A stretch of 32,598 nt of DNA from Nemertoderma westbladi (lineage: Eukaryota > Animalia > Xenacoelomorpha). The notes under the pieces were generated by a model. That model made no database searches. It saw only the letters and a list, made by a program, of their open reading frames with translations, and was not told where the DNA came from. The first letter of the stretch is position 1. Each line of letters starts with the position of its first letter. This document shows positions 21,433 through 32,598 of this stretch, piece after piece. Both the position numbers and the translations under genes were made by a program. The stretch is taken from positions 1-32,598 of the forward strand of contig JAUCBJ010006886.1 in assembly GCA_032718475.1 (NCBI GenBank), read 5' to 3'.

Positions 21433-21776
21433 TTTCACATATAGAAGCAGTGATAAACTTCATTAGGCAATTTTATAATCTGCAGTTTCAATAATTAAAT
21501 ATTACTATTGTCATTTATGTATTTATTATTATGTTATTATATAATTATAATAAATAAAGATAAAAAACATAATCAAACAGAAAATAACAAAATGACAAAA
21601 AAGCATTTACAACAGGTCAAAACTATGTTCACAAATCTCTCGTTGACGTATTATATTCATGTTTCTATATAAATTGCTAGACCACACCTCAGATATTAAA
21701 TATTCAAATGGGTTGACCAAATGGGTTGTTCATAATTGAAAAGTATATGCCATATTTTCTACAAACCAGTTATCAT

Positions 21777-21916
21777 GGCCCGTTGCTATGGTGACAAGGA
21801 TTTCGTCATGCTGACCATACTCGATCTAGTTAGCTATACTCCTGTATTTGGAGTAGAGGAGGTCCAGTCATTCTTGCGATACTGTCCTCAGGCCCGTTGC
21901 TATGGTAATAAGGATT
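21777..21916. repeat. Two-copy ~114-bp direct repeat fragment
   Basis: GGCCCGTTGCTATGGTrAyAAGGATT occurs at ~21778 and ~21891. Confidence 0.6.
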
Positions 21917-22493
21917 GTAATTTACAACTGTAAACTATGATGGACATGCAGAGATTCTGGCAGTGCAAACACATTTACCGACCACTATGACTATGTACGT
22001 AAAACTATCGCTGAAATAGAGTTTAAAATGCAATGTTAACTTTCAAATAGAAAGTTGCATAAAAAAAATTGCTCAAGGTCTCAGAAGTTTTTATGGCCTA
22101 TTTTGGGTTACTCCACACCCATACTATAATTTAAGCCATAAAAATTGCGTCCGTACCCTACTTTATGGTTCGACCCCATTTCTCCTGGACTATACTGTCT
22201 GGGATTGAGTGAGAGAGTAATAAATTTAGCTAGTACTATACTTCTGTGCAGTTTGAGCCATCCATTCAATAAATAGTAGTAGCTTACTAGGCCCTCATGA
22301 GTACCAGCAGCTGGTGTTTCTATCGTTGAGTTGATGGCAATTTTCGTGTTTTCATTTTCGCTCACTCAGGGTACTGCGGTACTGGTTTGAGGGGCAGGTT
22401 CGTTTAAAGCCAGCTTGCTGGCTTTCTAGTTAGCTCTTATACAACTACAAGTATCGATTTATTTTTTACGGAGTCAATGATCTGCATTAGGTT

Positions 22494-22552
22494 AGGCCAC
22501 AGAACTGACGGATTCTTCGTGAATTTCGCAAACGTCGGGAATTTTTTGTAAT
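22494..22552. repeat. Dispersed repeat fragment, inverted relative to 25485-25585
   Basis: aggccacagaactgacggattcttcgtgaatttcgcaaacgtcg is a near reverse complement of 25540-25584. Confidence 0.7.
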
Positions 22553-22869
22553 ATATACTATATGCTTCACAAACGTTGCTATTTAAAATCCGTAAGCAAA
22601 AGGGTCCCAAAGGAGTTTTATTTACCTTTAATATTGGTTTTTTGAGTGCCTTTTATATTAGTGAATGTTCTAGAACCTTAGTAGGTATTTTTATAGTAGC
22701 TAGTATATTTTAATACCTAGTATTATTTGAAAATAATTTTGGCCATTCTGCAACAGTTTAAACCTGAAATATTCATGTTTTTTCATTTTTTTATAATTTC
22801 AAAAAATAAAATACTAGCTAACTATCATAAAAACATATCTACTAATTCACTACTCGCTTATTCTATATA

Positions 22870-23021
22870 GGCCGGTTTGCACCAGTTGACTTAAGTTAAG
22901 TGTCTATTTTTTACTTAAGTTGCAACTTAGTTAAGTAGGCACTTAGACTTAAGTAAAATTGCGTTGCTCATTCTAAAGTTAAGTTTTCTTAACTAAGTAG
23001 GTACCGGTACTTAAGTAAAGA
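22870..23021. mobile_element. One-ended PIF/Harbinger-like MITE fragment with CTTAAG-rich subrepeats
   Basis: Begins GGCCGGTTTGCACCA and contains repeated ACTTAAGT palindromes. No matching right TIR was found. Confidence 0.4.
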
Positions 23022-23358
23022 ATTCAGAACGGTACTAATTCACCATGTCGACACCCCCATGCAATTGTTTTCCACTAGCTATAAAGTTTCTCTGATTTTT
23101 AAATATTTTGTTCTAGAACATAGACTACATTCATCCAACATAATATTTTATGGTAGCTACTATTTTTCAAAATACTAGCTATTTAAAATTTATTTTTTAT
23201 ATTTTATTTACGGTTCATTTTTTTGCTTATTCTAGAATATTTTGGCTTTCCAAGTAAAGTGTTGTATTCCAAATAAAATTACAAGACAATATAATTTAAA
23301 AAAATTTTACTAGCTAACAAAAACTAGCTAACTGAATTACTTAGATCAAACACAGTAG

Positions 23359-23994
23359 TGTTGCAACGCTGGAACGAGCCAGGCTAACAGTACAAGCAAT
23401 TGCTTAACGTTACATAGCAACATAACAACAATAACAACGATTACATACAAACGATGTACGATGTACGACGTCATTAATAATGACATTGTGTAGTACCAGA
23501 CCTAGAAGAGGACGGCTAGATCCTGATGGACTTGGACCAGAGCCTAAAGTCGAACAAATTAAATAACTTACTGACTTAAATACTTAAATACCAACTTAAA
23601 TACAAATAATTAAGTATCAATAAATAAAAGACCAGAGGTGTCACTTTTGACACCCGTTTGGGCCTCTAGGTGATGGTTTGACAACACTGATGACCCATTG
23701 TGTCAGGGCGCTAATCGGTCTGATTAATTAGAATAATCAATTAAACCCTAATTAGGAGTCATAAGACACCTATTAGGGATTAAATGTACTAATTAATCCC
23801 TACTACTGCGGAGAATCGCCAGTAGATAAGAGAACCGCTATCTTACCTATTTGAAGACAATTAAGGCAAAAGCAGAAGTTTCGACTCTTACTGGTATGCT
23901 GCCTCCCGCGGCTCTGGATGGCATGGTCGATGCCACAGCGGATATTTTGTTTCTGGAGACTATTTGTGAATCTGAAAACAGTGCTAAATATACA
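23359..23994. mobile_element. Probable solo LTR (636 bp)
   Basis: TGT...ACA termini flanked by GTAG on both sides (23355-23358; 23995-23998). It is richer in GC than its flanks and has AATAAA near 23619. Confidence 0.55.
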
Positions 23995-24302
23995 GTAGTA
24001 TAATATAATTGTTTAATATAATATACTGTGCAATTCATCATTCATTATGTAATTACATTAGTCTAGAGTACAGTACAATGGTTTGCTAGTTTGATATGTA
24101 ATTTGGAAACAATGAAATGTGCGTCACGATATGTTTGACCATTTTGTGAACCAGAATAAGCGTATATATTGCGTATACTATTCACTTCACTATCTACTAA
24201 TTCAGAACATTCACCAATATAAAAAAAAAACATTAAAAACACAAGAAAAGAAGGAGTTTTGAAAAAAAAATAGCTGGGTGTGTCGACAGGGCGAAGTGCC
24301 TT

Positions 24303-25460
24303 GGCATTAGTATGGCCTGGGTACCCACTTTTTGACCTAAATTTTACATGCATGCCTAAATGGCTTTTGTCATGATTTTTTTTGTTCCAGAACCAATATT
24401 TGACCTTCTGACATTCTGATGGTAGCTAGTTTTTTTGATTTTTTTTTACTAGCTACTAGTAGTTTTCTAGCTAGTCAAAAAAAATTTGAAAAAAAAATCT
24501 TTTTATTAGTACTTATACTTACTTATATTACTGAGTCATTAACCGAGGCTAGTATTTTTATACATTACAATAATAATATTCTAGCTAGTGTTTTTTTTAT
24601 TTTGTTTTTTTTCTTTGGTTATTAACAATAGAAAATATTTATGCTCTAGAATAATAATAAATTTTATATAATATAATATTAATATATATGAAACAGCAAA
24701 AATTATAACAATTAATTTAAATACACATTCGTTTTATTAACTTAAACACATACAGTATATTAACTAAAGTACTGAGTTCAGCCATATTGCGCGGCGATTT
24801 CTTTGCCACGCAGCCCGGCTCCATCGCCGAAACGTAGACCCCGCCAAGATCGCCGTCCTCCGCGGAGACACAGGGAGCTAGACCGGAGAAGGGCGAATCG
24901 AAGGCGCCGTCTCACTCCACCCAGGACACTTGCGAGGCCCCTCTCGCGCATGCTGTCACGTTTAGCCACCAAGGCCTCGGCAATGTGACGTATCAAGATC
25001 TGGGCCTCTTGGCACCAGACACCATCGGTTGTTCTTTGGTTATTTGGTCAAAAAATAATTTGAAAATATTTTTTTTTAGTTGTTTTACTTACATTACTGA
25101 GTCATGTGGTAGCTAGTATTTTTATACATTACAATAATATTATACTAGCTAGTGTTTTTTTTATTTTGTTTTTCATAAAAACACACTAAAACTCACTAAA
25201 ACATATATTCGAGAATATCTTGATACTATGGAAATATCATTAATAAACTTTTTATATAGATTTTTTTTTTCGAAAATATATTTTTTTACTAGCTAGTAAA
25301 TAGTACTAGCTAGTAAAAAAAATTAAAAAAAAACTAGCTACCATCTGAATGTCAGTAGTTCGTTCAAATATTAGTTCTGGATGAAAAAACCTCATGATAA
25401 AAGCCATTTTCATAGTAAAAAAATTGGTCAAAAAGTGGGTACCCACGCCATACTAATGCC
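24303..25460. mobile_element. Non-autonomous Merlin-like DNA transposon (1158 bp)
   Basis: TIR GGCATTAGTATGGCsTGGGTACCCACTTTTTGACC has one mismatch and extends imperfectly to ~170 bp. The 8-bp TSD is AGTGCCTT (24295-24302) / AGTTCCTT (25461-25468). GG...CC ends with an 8-bp TSD fit Merlin; MULE is not excluded. Confidence 0.75.
24778..25031 (-). pseudogene. C-terminal fragment of a CRE-type non-LTR retrotransposon ORF (end of the restriction-like endonuclease region)
   Basis: A GC-rich island translating TTDGVWCQEAQILIRHIAEALVAK...VRRRLRFALLRSSSLCLRGGRRSWRGLRFGDGAGL. This matches the recalled DG...EA......A..L..K...R.RLSFALLRS...CLRGSR pattern. Confidence 0.7.
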
Positions 25461-25679
25461 AGTTCCTTTAGCTTATGGAGCGAACATTTTACAAAAAAAT
25501 TACCGACGTTTGCGACGTTTTCGAAATTCGCGAATTTCGCGACGTTTGCGAAATTCTCGAAGACTCCGTCAGTTTCTGTGCCCTACTTATGATCTGGGAG
25601 GGACATGTTCGATATTCGAAAAAATTGGTTACGGGTTCAAGCTATTCAATAGTAATATGGCTCTGCTATATCGTGATAA

Positions 25680-26078
25680 AGGCCTGTTTACACGTGGCAA
25701 CTTTTAGAGCAACTTTCTCGGCAACTGCAGGAGCAAATTATTTTAGAGCAACTTAATTGAATTGCTGTTTACACGTGCCAACTTTAACAGCAACTTTACC
25801 AGCAACTTGGCCGGCAACTTTTATAACAACTTGGCTAGTTTGGCTGTAAAATAGTGGGTCATTTTATCTACTAGCTAGTTTTTGATAATTTAATTTGAAT
25901 ATCACGCTTTAATTCGCCAAAGCAAATTCCTTCAAGTTGATGTAAAAGTTGAGCAACTTTTAAGGCAACTTTTTTCAGTAACTAATGTGTTTACACGGAG
26001 CAACTTGATCGGCAACCTGGGTTGCTCTACAAGTTGCCGAGAAGGTTGCTCTAAAAGTTGCCACGTGTAAACAGGCCT
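25680..26078. mobile_element. PIF/Harbinger MITE (399 bp)
   Basis: TIR of about 47 bp, AGGCCTGTTTACACGTGGCAACTTTTAGAGCAACyTTCTCGGCAACT, with one mismatch. TAA TSD at 25677-25679 and 26079-26081. GCAACTT subrepeats lie inside. Confidence 0.92.
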
Positions 26079-26594
26079 TAACGCCAAATGCAGGAAGCAG
26101 GAAGACTGTCAACAGTTGAAAAAAAAATTAATCGGCTTTACTATTCCCCACACATAAGTCCGTAAACATAGGCGTTAACCAGATAGTGGATCGGCGTTAA
26201 GCCTTCCAGCACGTTGCAGTTATGCGTTGTGTCCTACTGGTCGTGCAAGTTGCTGTCCAACTACTATGCTACCACTCCGCAATAGCGATTCACCCTAAAG
26301 CTCAAACCCCGACTTAACATAAATTTATTGACTACTTGGAGACTAACCTACTTGGATAATAATCTTCCGCAGATATGGGCGTGGTGGAGACGCCTTTATT
26401 TTAATTGATATTTATGAATCTAACTAAATTCATGGTGAGGGTAAATGGATACCCACCACCTCATGGTCACAAATCAAGCTATAAAAGGACATATCCATCC
26501 AATCCATTATGACATTGTAAAAACTGTGATAACCTAACCGTCTGACTGTGTTAGATTAAAATCCTTCGTCGTCTATTCGTGCTACTTGTATAGT

Positions 26595-28035
26595 TCGTGC
26601 CACATTGGCGCACATTAAAAAAATACCATAATCAATCAGAAACAAAATTTTTGAGTGATAACATTATTTTGATTTGGTTGTGATTTCTCATTATCATATT
26701 TGCATTACTTTGTTTTTTTCGTGTTCTAGACGGCACATTCAAATTACTAGAAATCTTAAATTTTCTCGAATGTTATATTTGAGTTCTATAATCGCGATCA
26801 GCATCTAAAAAAACAATTTACTAGAAAGGCATTTCCTAAAGGAAATGCAGCCACGAAGCACGAAGAAGAAATTAAACAAACGGCCACAATTTGGTTCGTT
26901 GCTTAGCCTAGTTTAGTAGCATTTGCCAATAATTAACTTATATTCCCATGGAAACTAGAGTTCTCTGGAACTGTTGGTTTAACATTTAAAAAAGATTCAG
27001 TCCAGATAGAGTGGTTCAGATAACACATATACCGAGATTCAGAAAATATTGTAGTTTATTTCCAAATTCCCGATTTTCTATAAAAATGCATCGGTTTGCA
27101 GTGGTTGTCATGGAAACTGAAAAATTGAACAATGTAATTCGGATGCAGAATAAGTGATATAGTAGGGGTAGGTGTTGGTCCCAAGTCATAATACTTTTAA
27201 CTTGTCCTTCAAATTATCATTTTATAAATTTTAACATTTGTTTATCTGGTTGCTATGGTAACTGGATTTTATAATTAACCTCAATCGGCTCTGCTATAGA
27301 CCTTATAGAGAAGTTGCGATACCCCAAGTTTATATATATATACAGTACTACAATTTTGCTACAAATAGAGCTATGAATATAGACTTGAATGATATGGACT
27401 TTAAAAAACTCCAGTTACCATGGTAACTAGATATTTCTGGAATGTTTTGAGTTTGTTTTGAGAATGTCAGCCAACAAACAAAACGATACAGAAATATTGA
27501 TATAATGACAATGAATTCAGAAATAAAGACATGGAATAAATATAACTTTATTCTGCGATACCAGCAGGTTCACGGCTCAGAATTTTCCTTCAATTATAAA
27601 ATGTTGATATTGTTCAAATACACCCATTATATTTATTATTTAGCCCTATTTGGCCCTGGTAGGGGTAAATGATTTTAGAAATTGTTTGAAATTCATCAGT
27701 ATATTGGAAAGAGATTTCTTGACTTTTACTAAAATATAATGGTTTATCCAACACCGCATACAGCAAACAAATATCTATGTTAGTTTTCGTGATGTGGTCG
27801 TATTCTGGCACCCATCGCCAATATTTTTCGTACCGATATTTCCAAAGGATTTTTTGGCCCAATTTGAGGTATATAGAGGTTTTTGGATGCTGATCACGAT
27901 TATGGAAATCATATATATAACATTCTAAAAAATTCTTGTAATTTCGTATTGCATATCACGAATATCACACTCAAATATCTCGTATCTCATTGATTATGTC
28001 ATTTTAGTTTTTAAATATGTGTCAAAGTAACACAC
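26595..28035. mobile_element. Old fold-back element with long imperfect inverted arms and internal ~150-165-bp periodicity
   Basis: 26595-26815 is inverted at ~27878-28035 (for example ataatcgcgatcagcatctaaaaa against tttttggatgctgatcacgattat). GTTrCyATGGwAAC-like motifs occur at 26942, 27104, 27249 and 27414. The true termini are not resolved. Confidence 0.55.
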
Positions 28036-28873
28036 AACAAATACAAAAAATCATCTTAAAATATACTTAACTGATGATGAAGACAAAGATATTGCTCTCA
28101 AAAATATCGTTTTTGATTGATAGAGGTTTGGCACAAAAATACAAGTAGCAAGCAAGCAAGCAGTCGGCCGAAGCCGGAGGAGCCTTTTGATAGCTGCTAC
28201 TCGAGGTACTCGAGGTCGAGCGCTGAGTGGACCCTGATGGTGACAAGTTCTAGCGTGATCAGCGAGCGACTGGAAAACCCATATATACCTTCAGAATAAA
28301 ACCAGGATATTATATTGATAAGGATAGTTAATAATGAATAGCAGCTGGACTAGCAGTAAGTAGTAAGCTATTAAACTGAGCCTCCGTTCCCCTTAGCAGA
28401 CATCAACTTTACACACCAAGTCAACCATGAAATTAACTGTATCTTCCTTCTGTTGGCCTATCTGAACTTCGATAAAGTGATTGAGGGCAGAATGTCATTA
28501 ACAAAGTCAGAGCTCGTTCGAGTGAGTAATTAGATAATATATAATAGGATTGGATCCTTTATACAACTAAAACGAAACTTACAAACTTCGAGTGAGTGGA
28601 CAATAATGAAATCAGACCATAAAGCTTAAAACCCGGTGAGTGCGCCCGGGGGAACGCCCCCCCCCCCCCCCCCCCCCCCCCTTCCTCCCAAAAAAAGTAA
28701 ATAAACCGCTTAAACGGGCTGAATATTACCAACCATCTGTACATAATTTGATTTCATATTTTAAATATGATAAATTGTAACACTTTTTCCATATCCAAAT
28801 CTAGTTTGTTCCACATACATTTTAAAAGATAGTCAAAACATAGCCTTAAACAAATATAGGTACTGTATCTAAT

Positions 28874-31800
28874 TGTATACAAGCAAGGCGTTCGTTAAGA
28901 ACTATAAGTAGTTCTTGAACGCTTTGTATACAAGCAAGGCGTTCGTTAAGAACTATAAGTAGTTCTTGAACGCTTTGTATACAAGCAAGGCGTTCGTTAA
29001 GAACTATAAGTAGTTCTTGAACGTTTTGTATACAAGCAAGGCGTTCGTTAAGAACTATAAGTAATTCTTGAACGCTTTGTATACAAGCAAGGCGTTCGTT
29101 AAGAACTATAAGTAGTTCTTGAACGCTTTGTATACAAGCAAGGCGTTCGTTAAGAACTATAAGTAGTTCTTGAACGCTTTGTATACAAGCAAGGCGTTCG
29201 TTAAGAACTATAAGTAGTTCTTGAACCCTTTGTATACAAGCAAGGCATTCGTTAAGAACTATAAGTAGTTCTTGAACGTTTTGTATACAAGCAAGGCTTT
29301 CGTTAAGAACTATAAGTAATTCTTGAACGCTTTGTATACAAGCAAGGCGTTCGTTAAGAACTATAAGTAGTTCTTGAACGCTTTGTATACAAGGAAGGCG
29401 TTCGTTAAGAACTATAAGTAGTTCTTGAACGCTTTGTATACAAGCAAGGCGTTCGTTAAGAACTATAAGTAGTTCTTGAACGCTTTGTATACAAGCAAGG
29501 CGTTCGTTAAGAACTATAAGTAGTTCTTGAACGCTTTGTATACAAGCAAGGCGTTCGTTAAGAACTATAAGTAGTTCTTGAACGCTTTGTATACAAGCAA
29601 GGCGTTCGTTAAGAACTATAAGTAGTTTCTTGAACGTTTTGTATACAAGCAAGGCTTTCGTTATGAACTATAAGTAGTTCTTGAACGCTTTGTATACAAG
29701 CAAGGCGCTCGTTAAGAACTATAAGCAGTTCTTGAACGCTTTGTATACAAGCAAGGCGTTCGTTAAGAACTATAAGCAGTTCTTGAACGCTTTGTATACA
29801 AGCAAGGCGTTCGTTAAGAACTATAAGTAGTTCTTGAACGCTTTGTATACAAGCAAGGCGTTCGTTAAGAACTATAAGTAGTTCTTGAACGCTTTGTATA
29901 CAAGCAAGGCGTTCGTTAAGAACTATAAGTAGTTCTTGAACGCTTTGTATACAAGCAAGGCGTTCGTTAAGAACTATAAGTAGTTCTTGAACGCTTTGTA
30001 TACAAGCAAGGCGTTCGTTAAGAACTATAAGTAGTTCTTGAACGCTTTGTATACAAGCAAGGCGTTCGTTAAGAACTATAAGTAGTTCTTGAACGCTTTG
30101 TATACAAGCAAGGCGTTCGTTAAGAACTATAAGTAGTTCTTGAACGCTTTGTATACAAGCAAGGCGTTCGTTAAGAACTATAAGTAGTTCTTGAACGCTT
30201 TGTATACAAGCAAGGCGTTCGTTAAGAACTATAAGTAGTTCTTGAACGCTTTGTATACAAGCAAGGCGTTCGTTAAGAACTATAAGTAGTTCTTGAACGC
30301 TTTGTATACAAGCAAGGCGTTCGTTAAGAACTATAAGTAGTTCTTGAACGCTTTGTATACAAGCAAGGCGTTCGTTAAGAACTATAAGTAGTTCTTGAAC
30401 GCTTTGTATACAAGCAAGGCGTTCGTTAAGAACTATAAGTAGTTCTTGAACGCTTTGTATACAAGCAAGGCGTTCGTTAAGAACTATAAGTAGTTCTTGA
30501 ACGCTTTGTATACAAGCAAGGCGTTCGTTAAGAACTATAAGTAGTTCTTGAACGCTTTGTATACAAGCAAGGCGTTCGTTAAGAACTATAAGTAGTTCTT
30601 GAACGCTTTGTATACAAGCAAGGCGTTCGTTAAGAACTATAAGTAGTTCTTGAACGCTTTGTATACAAGCAAGGCGTTCGTTAAGAACTATAAGTAGTTC
30701 TTGAACGCTTTGTATACAAGCAAGGCGTTCGTTAAGAACTATAAGTAGTTCTTGAACGCTTTGTATACAAGCAAGGCGTTCGTTAAGAACTATAAGTAGT
30801 TCTTGAACGCTTTGTATACAAGCAAGGCGTTCGTTAAGAACTATAAGTAGTTCTTGAACGCTTTGTATACAAGCAAGGCGTTCGTTAAGAACTATAAGTA
30901 GTTCTTGAACGCTTTGTATACAAGCAAGGCGTTCGTTAAGAACTATAAGTAGTTCTTGAACGCTTTGTATACAAGCAAGGCGTTCGTTAAGAACTATAAG
31001 TAGTTCTTGAACGCTTTGTATACAAGCAAGGCGTTCGTTAAGAACTATAAGTAGTTCTTGAACGCTTTGTATACAAGCAAGGCGTTCGTTAAGAACTATA
31101 AGTAGTTCTTGAACGCTTTGTATACAAGCAAGGCGTTCGTTAAGAACTATAAGTAGTTCTTGAACGCTTTGTATACAAGCAAGGCGTTCGTTAAGAACTA
31201 TAAGTAGTTCTTGAACGCTTTGTATACAAGCAAGGCGTTCGTTAAGAACTATAAGTAGTTCTTGAACGCTTTGTATACAAGCAAGGCGTTCGTTAAGAAC
31301 TATAAGTAGTTCTTGAACGCTTTGTATACAAGCAAGGCGTTCGTTAAGAACTATAAGTAGTTCTTGAACGCTTTGTATACAAGCAAGGCGTTCGTTAAGA
31401 ACTATAAGTAGTTCTTGAACGCTTTGTATACAAGCAAGGCGTTCGTTAAGAACTATAAGTAGTTCTTGAACGCTTTGTATACAAGCAAGGCGTTCGTTAA
31501 GAACTATAAGTAGTTCTTGAACGCTTTGTATACAAGCAAGGCGTTCGTTAAGAACTATAAGTAGTTCTTGAACGCTTTGTATACAAGCAAGGCGTTCGTT
31601 AAGAACTATAAGTAGTTCTTGAACGCTTTGTATACAAGCAAGGCGTTCGTTAAGAACTATAAGTAGTTCTTGAACGCTTTGTATACAAGCAAGGCGTTCG
31701 TTAAGAACTATAAGTAGTTCTTGAACGCTTTGTATACAAGCAAGGCGTTCGTTAAGAACTATAAGTAGTTCTTGAACGCTTTGTATACAAGCAAGGCGTT

Positions 31801-32598
31801 CGTTAAGAACTATAAGTAGTTCTTGAACGCTTTGTATACAAGCAAGGCGTTCGTTAAGAACTATAAGTAGTTCTTGAACGCTTTGTATACAAGCAAGGCG
31901 TTCGTTAAGAACTATAAGTAGTTCTTGAACGCTTTGTATACAAGCAAGGCGTTCGTTAAGAACTATAAGTAGTTCTTGAACGCTTTGTATACAAGCAAGG
32001 CGTTCGTTAAGAACTATAAGTAGTTCTTGAACGCTTTGTATACAAGCAAGGCGTTCGTTAAGAACTATAAGTAGTTCTTGAACGCTTTGTATACAAGCAA
32101 GGCGTTCGTTAAGAACTATAAGTAGTTCTTGAACGCTTTGTATACAAGCAAGGCGTTCGTTAAGAACTATAAGTAGTTCTTGAACGCTTTGTATACAAGC
32201 AAGGCGTTCGTTAAGAACTATAAGTAGTTCTTGAACGCTTTGTATACAAGCAAGGCGTTCGTTAAGAACTATAAGTAGTTCTTGAACGCTTTGTATACAA
32301 GCAAGGCGTTCGTTAAGAACTATAAGTAGTTCTTGAACGCTTTGTATACAAGCAAGGCGTTCGTTAAGAACTATAAGTAGTTCTTGAACGCTTTGTATAC
32401 AAGCAAGGCGTTCGTTAAGAACTATAAGTAGTTCTTGAACGCTTTGTATACAAGCAAGGCGTTCGTTAAGAACTATAAGTAGTTCTTGAACGCTTTGTAT
32501 ACAAGCAAGGCGTTCGTTAAGAACTATAAGTAGTTCTTGAACGCTTTGTATACAAGCAAGGCGTTCGTTAAGAACTATAAGTAGTTCTTGAACGCTTT
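28874..32598. repeat. 51-bp satellite array, about 73 units, continuing past the window end
   Basis: Unit: TGTATACAAGCAAGGCGTTCGTTAAGAACTATAAGTAGTTCTTGAACGCTT. Variants were seen only in the first ~18 units. Confidence 0.99.

Larger units (their letters stand above)
15923..22192 (+). mobile_element. Degenerate Academ-like DNA transposon
   Basis: Perfect 12-bp TIR TAGTCCAGGAGA/TCTCCTGGACTA flanked by a TAC duplication (15920-15922; 22193-22195). The TIR continues imperfectly (AAAGTAGcGTACGGACGCAATTTTT at ~17543 against 22140-22164; TTGAGCAATTTTTTTT at ~17631 against ~22061). TAG termini with a 3-bp TSD are Academ hallmarks, and a transposase pseudogene lies inside. Confidence 0.85.
15194..22431 (+). 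mobile_element. HINE subfamily B, outer copy, split by a 6.27-kb insertion (own sequence 15194-15922 plus 22196-22431)
   Basis: Both halves align co-linearly with the intact inverted copy at 19771-20674, whose empty site reads gattACtgtctggg on the minus strand. The 5' end is TTTATAACGAACCTGCC and the 3' end is GGCAGGTTCGTT-t-AAAGCCAGC-tt-GCTGGCTTT-CTAGTT. Confidence 0.85.

Noticed and set aside
23523-23712. CTGATGG...CGAAC and CTGATGA-CCC...GGG hammerhead-like motifs
   Set aside because: Neither has the full CUGAnGA plus GAAA core with closing stems.
25381-25756. 108-aa and 93-aa plus-strand ORFs
   Set aside because: They cross the boundaries of three unrelated repeats, so they are chance open frames.
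28071-28110. CTGATGATGAAGAC...AAATATCG resembling a Penelope-type hammerhead remnant
   Set aside because: Stem II and GAAA are not intact, and the sequence may belong to the neighbouring inverted arm.
28846-29652. 268-aa ORF of LLIVLNERLACIQSVQE repeats
   Set aside because: It results from a 51-bp (3n) satellite unit lacking a stop in one frame. A 1-bp indel breaks the frame near 29627, and there is no promoter or splice evidence.
28874-32598. Palindromic repeat array resembling CRISPR
   Set aside because: There are no unique spacers and no cas genes, and the context is eukaryotic.

Overview
This is an AT-rich eukaryotic window, probably from a marine invertebrate (inference), and it is almost entirely transposon-derived. 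The only convincing host gene is a single-coding-exon class A GPCR of the somatostatin/allatostatin-C receptor type (10999-12060, +). The left end holds the 5' part of a minus-strand LTR retrotransposon: a gag-like ORF running off the window edge, a ~2.2-kb leader containing a duplicated structured 123-nt element, and a ~1.2-kb LTR. It is inserted into a hATm-like transposase remnant. The centre is a reconstructable nest. A Helentron-type non-autonomous element (HINE, 15194-22431) is split by a degenerate Academ-like DNA transposon (15923-22192, TAC TSD). That transposon carries a piggyBac-type element in its left TIR, an RTE LINE fragment, and a second copy of the same HINE family inside its transposase. 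Further right are a probable solo LTR, a Merlin-like element carrying a CRE-type LINE fragment, a Harbinger MITE and a fold-back element with periodic X-box palindromes. The window ends in about 73 copies of a dyad-rich 51-bp satellite. Superfamily names rest on end structure and recalled protein motifs; no database search was run.
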